Shown here piece after piece: positions 24,481-35,450 of a stretch of 64,000 bases of DNA (the stretch's first letter is position 1; every line of letters starts with the position of its first letter). The position numbers and the translations under genes are program-made. A model generated the notes under the pieces. It saw nothing but the letters and a program-made list of their open reading frames with translations. It made no database searches and was not told where the DNA came from. This stretch comes from Lama guanicoe (lineage: Eukaryota): contig MU053431.1 of assembly GCA_013239625.1 (NCBI GenBank), positions 1,638,485 through 1,702,484 on the forward strand, given 5' to 3'.

Positions 24481-27400
24481 ACAGGTTTGTTTTCAAAGGA
24501 AGCTGGGGGACTCTGAGCCCCTTGAGGGTGCTGTCAGGAGGCCTGCCCAGCAAAATGCCCGAGGTCCTGGGCTGTGGGGGACAGAGGTCCCAAAGGCCAC
24601 CCTGGGACCTCTCAGGCTTTGCTGCCCTCTGACCTCGGGAAAGCCGCCCTCAGAGTCTGGATTTCCAGCCCAAGTTCCCAGAAGAGCATGAGGGACTCAC
24701 GCACGGCAGGCAAGTCCCCAGACCCACAGGCCTCACGGTGTCACAGACCCGCTGCCGTCCTGTGGAAGATACACGCCAGGACTCAGATTCAATCATTTAT
24801 TAGGTCACATAATAAATTCAAGGAATATCTCCGAGGTTTGGAGAACCCGGATTTGGCGTCCTCCGGAGTCTTACGATCCGGCAAAGCCATCCATCAGGCC
24901 TGAGCAGAGTCCCATCTGTCAAGTGGGACGGCTCCCTTCAGGGCCCGAAGGCTCTCAGCCTCTGCAAACTCGCTGTCAGGGAATCCGTGTTGTCAGGAAG
25001 GCAAAATGTCCTCCGGGGGCCCTGAGTGTGGCCCCCGCTCCCTGCCCCCCACCCCTGCCCCCAGCCTGGGATCATCTGTTGCTTCAGATGCTTAGAAACG
25101 TCACCAGGGCTCCCGGGGGACGGGGGGGTCAGCCACAGCCACATGCAGGTCTGGCGTCTGACACGCAGGGTGCAGAGAGAGAGAGGAGTCCTCTCGTTGA
25201 ACTCTCGGCCAGATGCAGCTGCCCAGGTCACACTCAGGGCAGTCCACGTGGCTCCACGTTCGCCAGGTCCTCTTCTGGGGGGACCTGGCCAGTGGGCGCC
25301 CTGGCCAGGATGGTATGAGCGGGGCACCCTCGCCCCTCTCTAGGCCAGGCGGTGGGCTGTGCCCGCCCCAGGAATTGGGGGTTAGATCATAACGCAACAG
25401 CTGCGGGCGCCCTCACCCACTCCTCACATCCCGGGGCTGGCGGGAAGGCCTGTCACCGTGTGGCTGCCAGCCAGGCCGAGAAGCCAACCAGGGGGCTGAG
25501 GCCAGTTACTGGGGTGTCTGGTGAGACAGGTTCTGAGTGACGGGGGGGCTGGGCCAGAACCCCTCTCCCAGTGGCCCCTGCGTGAGTGTGACAGGCCACC
25601 CCCCAAGAAATAATCATGGCGGTCAACGTTACTCACAGGAAAGGGTAAAGCACCGAGGGAACTGTCCCTCTGGGGCTCTGGGAGGGTTCCACGGGGGTTC
25701 CCGCAGGCACCCCTGGGACTTTTCCCCAGACGGGTTTTAGGGGTCTCAGCTGTCCAGCCCTGTGACGGCCCCCAGTTCTTGACACCCCCTGGTGCCTGGG
25801 GTCCCGGGTCGGGTGGGGGTGCAGCCGCCTCGAGTTCACATGAGGAGGCTGCCTGAGGCCCCCCGGGACTGGGAGGAGGGCGAGGAGAGGGGCCCCTCCC
25901 CAGCTGGTGTCTGAGCCCAGGCCGTCAGGCGACTTCACAACCATCACTCCAGACTCTCTCCCGCAGTGACAGCGCTGGGACCTTGAGGAGCTCATTGGAA
26001 TGAAGACTCCTGGGCAGAACCCCAGACCCCTGATCCTGGTGGGGGTGCTCTGGCGTGGGGTGGAGAATTTGTCTGGAGACGCCTCTTGCCCAGGACTCGG
26101 GGGCCGCCACCAGGAGCCCTGTGCTGGGACTGGGACTTTGCGCTGGACACGCACCAGCAGGTCACCTCCGCCAGTACTGCCTTGATGGCCACCGGGGGGC
26201 CAGGTATGGGGGCAGGCTTCCTCGTGGCTTTGCTCGCGGGGGACGCACCCCCTGGCCCGGCACTTCCCTGCCACGCTGTGACATTTATAAATGTTTTGTG
26301 CAGAGAACAAAGAAAACTGTCCCAAATTAAGCAAAACCCCAGAGAGCGCCCACGTGGCCCTGAGAGGCCACCCGGGAGGCGACTGTGTCATACCGTCCAC
26401 GTGGGACTGGTGTGGCGGCCTGCGTGCTGGCAGCTCTGCAGTTCCTGACGCTACAGACTTTTGCTTTTCTGTTCTTTTTTCTAAAGCACCTTTATAACAC
26501 TCCCAGAATGAATATTTATAGGGCAGGGATGAGAACATGGGCTAATTGTGGCTGAGGTCCTGGTGGGTCCACCCTCCTTGGCTCCCTAGGAGGTGACGCC
26601 GCCCCCGTGTCCCAGGGCTCCTGGCGGAGGGAAGCAGGGCCCAGGGAGGAGCCTTTGCCAAGCGGATTGCACCGTGGTGCCAAGGATCAAGGAGAATCAG
26701 GGTGCTGAGGTGTTCTCAGGAGCCGGCCCTTTGGGGAGGCCGTGGGGGCCCGGTGTGCCTGTGCAAGGCAAAGGCCAGGGCTCTGGGCCCCCCAGGACCC
26801 GCGGGCAACCACCAGGACAGCCCCAGACCCCAAGGGCAGCCTCAGGGGGGAGATGTCCTCTGAGCCCCAGGGAGGGGTGCAGGCAGGGAGCAGGTGCCCC
26901 TCAGCCATCTCCCTGGCATTGCTCTTAGCCCGGGGGAGGGCTGACCTGCACGGAGCATCTCGGCGTTGGCCCCGAGGAGCGGGCTTTACCAAGGGCATGC
27001 TCTGCACACCCTCTCCGGAGCCTGCGCACAGGTAAAGGGACGCTGGCTCACCTGGGTGGAGATCCTGTCCCCACTTCCAACAATATCCAGGGGAAACGTT
27101 TTGGGGGCTGAATGGCTTTGCAGGTCAGTGGTCTAGATGCCTGCGTTTCTGTCAATTCCTCGCACCCGCCCTCTGTCACACGGAGGGCGGGGCGCTCTGC
27201 TTGGCTCAGAACGAAGAGGGAGGTGTGAACTGTAGGAAGAAGGGCTTCCCGCCAGAGAGCCAGACGGACAGCTTCCGCCCAGCCAACTCTGCTTCCACAC
27301 CTGGCCCCTCGGGGCCCCCTGCTCTGCCCTTCCAGATGCCTGGGTGGGGGCAGGGGCTGGAAACTGAGTGGACTCTGCTGGCAAACGCAGGACGACGGCA

Positions 27401-28500
27401 GACGCCGTTGTCTGAAGCCCTCCATCTCCTCCCAGCGCAGCTGCGGCGCGAGACCAGCCCTCCCACCGGCGCCGCCTCCTGGGTCCCCTGGACCCTGAAG
27501 CCATGTCCTTCTCGCTCTGAGCGCCCCCAGACTCCCGGGAGAACGGATCAGGCCCCTGCCGGGCACCCCCAGCCCTGAAGTGACTGGGACAAGCGACGAT
27601 GACTGTGATGAGGCGGGAGCCCTCAGAACCGGCAGGCAGCCCACCGGACGGGGCCACCAGCTCCCCAGACCCCTGGCTCTGCTGGGCGCCAGGACCTGCC
27701 TGTCTCACAGCTTGTCCTGCATCGCTGCAGGAGCCAGGAAAGCTTTCTGCTGTGATGAGTTTCTGCATGTCAGGCAGGATTTCTTAAAATGCAGCCAGAA
27801 GCGGCCCTGAACCTCCCCACCCCTGCCTGTCTCCAGCTCTTCATACTCAGGTGCTTCCTTCTCCCTGGAAATGGGAATCTGTCTCTCAACCCAGAAAAAT
27901 ACTTCCCCAAGGGCCACTGGACCCAGAGGGTGAGGGGCCAGACCCCTCCTCGCCTTCCTGCCTCTTGCTTCCTGTAGGACCAGCCGTGGGCGAGGCAGAG
28001 GCACAGGCCTTGTCCCAGGGGCGATGCCGAGGGCAGTGGGGTGCTGAGGGCCCCTCCGCGGGTGCGTCTGCGGGGAAGGGGCCGGGGCACAGGGGTGGGC
28101 TTGGAGCAGCCCAGCTGGCTCCGTCTTCCCCGATTTCTCCTGGCAGTTCGTTTTCTTCTGAGGGGAGTCTGTGTGAGTCTCCCACAGGGGCGAGGCTTCT
28201 GCAGGTGGAGAAGCCCCCGCTACCCCGGCGCACACTGAGACAGGGGGCCGGGAGGAGACGGAGGCGGGGAAGAGGCTGGCCAGTCTCCGCCCTCAGCCCG
28301 GGCGAGCCCGTGGGCTTGGGGCTCGGCCTGGAGCCCCAGCACCCCGCTCCAGTGCCCCCTTCCCTCCAGGGCCCTCCTCTACTTCCCCCAGGAGCTCTGG
28401 GTTGGTGGGGGCTCATCTTGAGGCCGCTCTGCTGGCCCAAAACTGCACTGATCCTCACGGGGGCCCTAAGTGGTGCCACGTGGCCAAGCCCTTAAAGCAC

Positions 28501-28560
28501 CCCGAGTCTCCATGACGGTACAGCTGCCCCCCTGAGTCTCCATGGCGGTACAGCTGCCCC
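28501..28560. repeat. 30-bp tandem duplication (2 copies, 2 mismatches)
   Basis: CCCGAGTCTCCATGACGGTACAGCTGCCCC / CCTGAGTCTCCATGGCGGTACAGCTGCCCC. Confidence 0.95.
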
Positions 28561-29129
28561 CATTCTGGGTGGGGTGTCTCCGGAAACAAACTGCTCTCTG
28601 CTGACATCACGGCAATGAAATGTAACTTTCTTTACGAGCTGTCAGGGAGGTTTCCCCATGGCCATCGCGCTAATGTGTGCACATTTGTTTTGCTGCGTGT
28701 GTGCGCGCACATGGGCGGGTGAGCGTGTGCCTGTGTGCACATGTGCATTTGGGGGTGTGGGCACTGAGATCTGGCAGCAGGCGACCTTCCAGGCACAGCA
28801 TAGCAGGGAAGTCATAGTCCTCCTGCCTTGTTCCATGGGCATGCCACCCTGGGCTCGGCTCCGCGGGCACCCACCGTGCCTCACCTCCTCTGAGCTCCCC
28901 CAGGTGTCACGTGTCTGCGTGTGCTGGGGTGGCGAGGGTGTCTGGTGAGCAGGGGTGGTCAGCTGAGCCTGGGCTGCTGGGGACTCGAAATGCACACTGC
29001 CACTGGCCTCGGAAAGGCTATGAGAAGCCCTGCAGGCCGATGTGCACGCCCCCTGCTGAGGGCAGCCCCCCCCCCCCAAGAGGATGTTGCCTTCGGAGCC
29101 TCTGGGTTTGTGGTCCTGCCATCCAGGCA

Positions 29130-29225
29130 GAAGAGAAGCTGCATTCAGAGAAGGTGATGCACTCACAGGTTTTGGGGATCAGGATGTGGACCTCTTTGTG
29201 GGGCATTATCCTGTCCACCCCACAG
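29130..29225 (-). mobile_element. MLT1 LTR 5'-end fragment
   Basis: ACTCACAGGTTTTGGGGATCAGGATGTGGACCTCTTTGTGGGGCATTATCCTGTCCACCCCACA. Confidence 0.5.
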
Positions 29226-29564
29226 GGAATATTCCAGCAGCAGACGGGGCTTGGCAGGGTGGTATCTCTTACAGCCCCCCAAAAATCTATGGCTGTGGTC
29301 CTTAGATGGCTGTCCTTAGCCAAGAGGGGCAGCAGCCACCTCCACCTCCCTGGCCAATCTCCCTCCCTCCTGCCCTCATCTGTGGGGGAGCCAGGTGTCG
29401 GGGTATTGGGAGAGGTGAAGCTGGGGTCCCCCCCATTCAGGTCCCAGGAGAGCAGGAGCCTGGCCTTCACAGTCAGGTGCCTGTGCTGCAGTCCAGGTGG
29501 CCCTGTGTCCAGGTCACAAGGGTCAATGGGGAGAGGGCGTGGGGCTGGACCCTGAGCTCCACTT

Positions 29565-30200
29565 CTGTTTTCTTGTTGTTTTTTAATTGAGGTGAAATTC
29601 TCATAACATAAAATTCATTGTTTTAAAGTGAACAGTTCAGCTGCATTTAGCACAGTCACAGTGTTGAGCAAGCACCACCTCCCTCTGGTTCCAGAGCGTT
29701 CCTCCCCCGGAGGAGGCCTGCTTTCCACCAAGTGGCCTGCCTCCCCCTCCCCCAGGCCCCGACAAACCCCGTCTGCTCTGTGTCTGTGGACTCCAGGCCT
29801 GACCCCGCACTCAGCACTGGGCCTTCCAGGTCCGCCCGCACCACAGCCGGCGAGGCGCCGGCCTGGGCCCCGCGGGCTGCTGTGAGCGCGCACGGGGTCT
29901 CTGTTTGGGTCCTTGTCTCACTCTGGGGCACGGAGTGCGGGGTGGAATTGCTGCGTGCGCCGTTTCCCCTTCTGAGGAGCTGCCGGCCGTTCTCCACAGC
30001 GGCTGCACAATTTCCCGTTCTCAGCAGCAACTTGTGAGGTTCAGATTTCGCCACATCCTCGCCAACACTTGTCATTTTCCAGTCTGGGGCTTTTGTGTCT
30101 TACAGCCGTCCCGGGGTGTCGGGGCGGTGCCCCCGCGGCCATTTCCCTGGTGACGGGTGGCGGTGAGCGTCTTCCGTGGCCCCCGGAGAGATGCCCCCAG
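29565..30200 (-). mobile_element. old L1 (L1MB-like) 3' end
   Basis: TTTTAATTGAGGTGAAATTCTCATAACATAAAATTCATTGTTTTAAAGTGAACAGTTCAG... and further on CCACAGCGGCTGCACAATTTCCCGTTCTCAGCAGCAAC...CCACATCCTCGCCAACACTTGTCATTTTCC. Confidence 0.75.
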
Positions 30201-32399
30201 GTGCTCCGCACCTGCTCCGTAGGGTAGCCTGGGCGCATCGGAACAGAGAGGCCGCTGCCGGGAGGGTGTCACCTGTTGTCTGAAACTACAAGTGAAATTT
30301 AAAAATAAAGCATAGGTTTCATTTTATTTTGCTTAAAGATTCTTGGAAGAGCAGTCTTGTCGGAGGGGACGGCCGCTGACTGACTGGGGAATAACGCTCC
30401 AAATGGCTCTGGACGCCTCGTGGTGGGGGTGTGCCCAGGCAGGGGTGAGGGGCTTCCTCCTTCTGACCGGGCCTGGCCCTCCAAGGGCACTGGCCCTGCC
30501 TTACTACCATCCTCTACCAATAAGACCCCAGCCTCATTCCCCCTACCTCCAAAGCTGAACACACACTGACATGGGTCCAGCCGCACTCCGCCAGCCCCAC
30601 CACGTGCTCCCCACCGCCACAGCTGCCCAGTGGTGGAGGGACAGATGGAGCCATTGATTGAGTAGTTCATTCATTCATTCATCCATCTACTCATTAGATC
30701 CTCTGGCGTGTGAGACAGTGATCCTGTCTCGGGGCCCTCCTGGTCTGAGGCCTCGATCAGGGGCCCTGTCCACACCTCGGCCTCCTCTCCACCCAGAGGT
30801 CAGAGGGGCTGTCACTGCCCCTGCAGCACTCAGGCCCCTGAGGGCCTCGGTGAGGCTGGAGCCTGGCTCTGCTGGGGCCCCGCGGGCACTGCCTGCACCC
30901 CTCCCTCTTCCCAGGCTGGTAGATGTGCTGGATGCCCGTGAGGCCTGCCTGCCCAGCCCCCGCCCCCACCCTGTGCCCCCAGGGACGGAGCTTCAGGAAA
31001 TGCTCTCAGGCAGAAGCCACTGCTCCTGGGGGCCCTCCCGGCTCCATTACTGTCCTCCGTGCTTCCAGGAAATCACTGCTCTCCAGCAACGCTCCCCCTC
31101 CCCTCGGCTCAGGGGGTGAGGGGTCCTGTGACCCAGAAATGCACCTGCCTCAGGTTATCCAAATTCTGGAGGCTTCCCACCAGGAGCTGCTCCCCAGGCC
31201 GATCCCCAGGGACCCCCTCTGAGATTTGCAGCAGGTTCTGAGTAGGGAGACCCCTCAGTAGCCGGGCAGCTTCCTCCTGCTCCATAGAGGGCAGGCCAGT
31301 TTCCAAGCCATCGGGCAGAGCCTCTCCCCCCAGGCAAAGGTCCCACCTGCCCTTTCCCCCTCCTCCTCCAACCCCTTCATAGGAGAGGCACCCTGTTCCC
31401 CTGGGGGACCACGCACCAGAACCCCCTCTTTCTCTGTGAACACCTCTGCTTGGTCAGCGGATCTCGTGCGCGAACTCTCAAGGGCTGGCCAGAGCCTCAG
31501 TGCCTCCCCCCACCACATCTGGGCCTCACTGGACTGGCATCGGCCCTAGTGGCCCCGGTACTCTGGCCAGCCAGCTCCCCGGACCCCCTCGCCCCTGCAG
31601 CATCTGCACCTGAGCAGCCTCACCCCAGTCGGCCCCGGCCCTGGCCGTGGGCGAGTCCACCCTCACTGCTGCCCTGCCCTCCCGCCCCCTTGCTGTCCCA
31701 GCACAGCCAGATGCTCCTGCCCCGGCCTGTGTGCCCCCGGTGCCCTCTGCCCGGGTGTTCCTCCCTAGACATTTGCCCACTGCACTCTGACATCCCTTGG
31801 GCCCCCGTCCACCTCCCATAGAGGCCTCCCTTGACCTCTGACCTACAAGCCCATGCCTTCCCCTGACTGCGCCCTCCCTGCTCCCCACTGCGGGCGTCTG
31901 GACCTCCGTGACACTCGCCGTGCTCTGTCTCCCACTGCCCAGCACAGTAGGAGTCGCTCACAGGTGGCGACAGAAACTAACAAAATCACATCAAATTGAA
32001 CATTTGAGTCAGCAGCTACGCCAGCCCCAGCTCGGGATCTCAGCAGCCTGGGGCGGCGCCGTGGCCCTGGGGGTGAGTGCAACACATCTGGCCACGGCGG
32101 AACCTTCCACTGGGCACGCGCGGCTGGCCCCACGTGGCCGCGAGCAGGAGTGAGCAAGGAGGCAGGCTGGCTCTCCGGCTGCTGCTTCATCCACCCTCGC
32201 TTGGGAAACGCCATCGTGCCACCCGCCACACTCCTGAGGAGCTGGGGGACAGGCCCAGGGGGGCCATGGCTGCCGTCCACGCTTCTACAACACTCAGCGT
32301 CCAAGACAGCTGACACTGGGTCCATCTTTACTGCATCCACGAGGGGGCCTGGGAGGCAGCTGGGCGGGAGCAGCGGCTGGACTGCCCCGACATGATGCT

Positions 32400-32550
32400 G
32401 CCTAGCTCTGCCCTCAGCTGTGTGACCTCAGCCCAGTCAGCTCCCCCTCTGAGCCCCGCTCCTCCCCAGTACAGTGAGGACAGCAGGGTACCCACCTCTC
32501 AGGGGTGCTTTGAAGATCAAGAGATAATCCACAGAAAAGCTCCTGGAGTC
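32400..32550 (+). mobile_element. MIR SINE
   Basis: CCTAGCTCTGCC...AGCTGTGTGACCTCAGCCCAGTCA...CCTCTGAGCC...GTACCCACCTCTCAGGGGTGCTTTGAAGATCAAGAGATAAT. Confidence 0.65.
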
Positions 32551-34189
32551 CCCTCGATGCCGGTGGTGTGGGTGAATGAACGCACGTCCTGTCATCTGGC
32601 TTTGTCCTGGGGATCTCGGGGACCGCTGGGACCAGCCACCCACACCAGCCCTTCTCCTGGGAAGAGGGCCCTGTACCCCACCAGGGTCTGTGAGGGCTGC
32701 GCTGCCCCCGTGAGAGAGGGTGATTCTGGGGCTGATTTACGGCTGAGCCCACGCTGCACCCCTCCCCCACTGCCAGGAGCATCACTTACAGGGTGGGCTG
32801 GCCCCGACCTCAGGCCCAGCCAAGGGTCCTTGGCTGCCCTGACCCTCCCTCCCTGCCCAACCTTTGTGGGTCCTCCCTCCTGAGCCCACCTGCTGCCCGG
32901 AGAGAGAGGCAGGGAGGAGAGGATGTGGGGCAGGCGGAGAACGAGGCGGTGGGGGGCGGTTGTGGTGAGCACGTGCAGGGCTGCCCCTCATACTGGCTGC
33001 CCTCCCACTGTCAGCAGGAGGCTAAGTGGCTTTTGGTTTCCCAGAAATGCATTTGAACAAGGGCAGCTTGAAACCTCCCAGGGTTCCTGCTTCTCTCGGG
33101 GTGAACCAAGGACCCCTTGGCTGGGCCTGTGGTTCTGGGAGCAAAGTCTGCCCGTCTGGGCCTCCCAGCCACTTACAGCTTCCCAAGGGTGCTGGCCCAC
33201 CGGGCTCCGGCCTGGCCCCACCTCCCCCAGCCCACTACCATCCCCCGGCCCACTCTTGCCCCAGGGCCCCTCCACTGCCCTGCCCCTCCTCCGGGCCTTA
33301 AAGGACAAGGCTGGGATGTGCGGCCCTCCCTTCTCTGCCCTGTGCTGCTGTAGGGAAGGGCTAGGTCCAGAGGGTGAGCCACAAAGCATCCCCACCACAC
33401 CCAGGTCCCCAGGCTGGGACCCTGTGCTCCAGGGCCTGGCCCGGCATGTCCTGGGGGGTCAGGCACAGGGGAACCTCCTCCGAAAGGCACAGACACCCCC
33501 CACCGAACAGGTCCCTGGCTGGGCCAGGCCTGCAGTGTTTGGGAAATGAAGGGTGTGGAATGGCCTTCCGGAGCAATAGGCCTCTCCAGGGCAAAACTCC
33601 AGGATCAGGGATGCCAACTGCTCCCCGCCTCTCCCCGTGTAAACTCTGCACCTGGATTTCGGGGAAATGGGTCCATCCTGTCATTACAGTCCCCCATCCT
33701 GGTCCTGGGGGGCCCCAGAGAGGCAAAGAGACCTGCCCACACATTAGGGGGGACGATTGCTCTCTGCGTCCTGGCCTTGCAAGGATGGTTCCCGCAGGCT
33801 ACGCTCGGCACGCAACCATCACATCATGCCGGCGTGAGCCCGGGGTGGGGGTGCCCGAGCTCAACCAGTGCGTGGACTCGGGGTGTCCCACGCACATGCA
33901 GCCCCAGCTGCAGGCCTGGGTGGGGGCAGCAAGCACTCTGTCCAAGGTGACCTGTCCTTATTACCTGGGGGGCCTGGGGCCTCTGGAAACCCAGCGGCTC
34001 CCTCACCACCTGATTTGGGCCCCAAGTCTGGGCAAAGGGACAAAGCCCAGGAGGCACTGGTGGCATCCAGCCGGCTGGAGGCCCAGGATATGGGGGGGCC
34101 ACTTGGGTCCCCCTGGAGCACCCCTAGGAACAGTCTGCCTGGCCAGAGAGGTTGCTGCCTGGCTGTGCGAGGCGCCTCTGTACTGGGCT

Positions 34190-34470
34190 GGACTAAAAAT
34201 AGCAGGGGGACGGCAGGGCAGGGACAGCCGGTGGGAGGCCCGTGGGGAGGGGCCGGGAGGGGCAGCGGACGGACGGCAGCCGGGGCCCAGGACCGGCCGT
34301 CAATGGCGCTGGCGCACCCACCCTGTTCCCGGTGGCCGGCCAGCCGCGGCCCAGCTGACAGGCTATTTTTTCCCCTGCTTGACTAAATATGGTCAGGGAG
34401 CACAGCCCGAGGGGGCCGCTTGGCCAGGGCGCGTGTTTGGGATGCTTGGCCGGGTATATAAGGACTGCAA
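34190..34470 (+). promoter_or_regulatory. muscle-type promoter/proximal enhancer of the miR-1-1/133a-2 cluster
   Basis: Perfect MEF2 site CTAAAAATAG (34193-34202). E-box CAGCTG (34352-34357) overlapping TGACAG (MEIS-type). MEF2-like CTATTTTTTC (34363-34372). CArG-like CTAAATATGG (34383-34392, 1 mismatch). TATATAA (34455-34461). SRF, MEF2 and MyoD are the known regulators of this cluster. Confidence 0.75.
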
Positions 34471-34762
34471 AGGTGAGGCCGGCCCCTGATCCGAGGGGGG
34501 GCCCACGCCCGCGCTGGCCTCTCAGGTCGGCCCTTCCCTCCCTCCCCTCCCCCGGCCCGTGTGGGTCTCGCGTGCGGTCAGCCGTTTGCCTGTGTGAGCC
34601 TGCAGCCCACGGGACCTTCCCCTTTTGTTCACCTGACCTCTACCTTGTGCTGACCCCAGCGGGGTGCAGAAGCGTCCTGCAGACACAGCCCAGGCAGGGA
34701 GCGCTCAAGGTGTGCGGCGGAAAGGTCGCTCTCCTGAACTCCGCATAGCCTGCCGCCCCTGC

Positions 34763-34800
<38 letters not shown>

Positions 34801-35450
34801 ATCTCCCTCCCTGCTAAGTCTTTGCTGCTGCAGGAGGGCTGGGGGAAGGGCAAGGGTGCGGAGAGGGGGTGCCTGGTGTCTTCTTTCTCTCTGCTCCCCC
34901 CCGCCCCCCAAGTGCGGACGCATCGGGAGCTCCGGCCTCCCCCACCTCTGCATTCACGATTGGCTCCGGGAGAAGGTGGATGGTGCTGCCACGGCTGCAG
35001 CATCTCCCTGGGAGCCGCACGGGGCGCATCGTACCCAAGAGCCGCGACCCTGCACCCGCGGCCGCTGTCGCCAGCCCGGCTGGAGGGGCTCCGCGGTGAG
35101 TCCCGTTCAGCCCGCCTGGGCGGCCCCCGCAAACTTGCCGGCTGCTGCGGTGGGGGTGTGCCCGCCGGCGAGGTGGGAGCTGTCGTGCTGGCGCCGCGTG
35201 GCTCCAGCCGGGGGTGCTTTGGAGTTTTCTCTTGGCTCGCGGCATCGTCCGCATTTGGAAAACTGCAGAGCCAGCAGCCAACAGGGCCGGGAGGGCGCGT
35301 CCAACCGGGATGCACGAACTTTGACATGCGGGCATTTTGCAAGGAAGCAGTAGCTCCGGACGCCCTGAGGGTGCCTGGGGGTCGGGTGCCGGGTTGGGGT
35401 CCTCGGCGGGGAGGGCGTGATTAACCTGCAACAAAGCGCAGAGCAGATGC
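34200..35450. other. CpG island-like region over the promoter
   Basis: Visibly dense CpG (GCCGCGGC, CCGCGG, GGCGCC, CGCG) across ~1.2 kb. The observed/expected ratio was not computed. Confidence 0.6.
34765..34797. repeat. (CT)16 microsatellite
   Basis: Uninterrupted CT run of 33 nt. Confidence 0.95.

Noticed and set aside
25633-26538. 301-aa ORF (-) and the many other 100-280 aa ORFs
   Set aside because: No family resemblance, overlapping ORFs in several frames, and no consistent exon structure. Treated as spurious.
28501-28560. CRISPR-like repeat or prokaryote-type system
   Set aside because: Two adjacent copies with no spacer, in mammalian DNA with no cas- or operon-like ORFs.
33374-34489. 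Longest ORF (371 aa, +)
   Set aside because: Non-ATG start, Gly/Pro/Arg-rich composition, no recognisable domain, and it runs through promoter motifs. Expected by chance in stop-poor GC-rich DNA.
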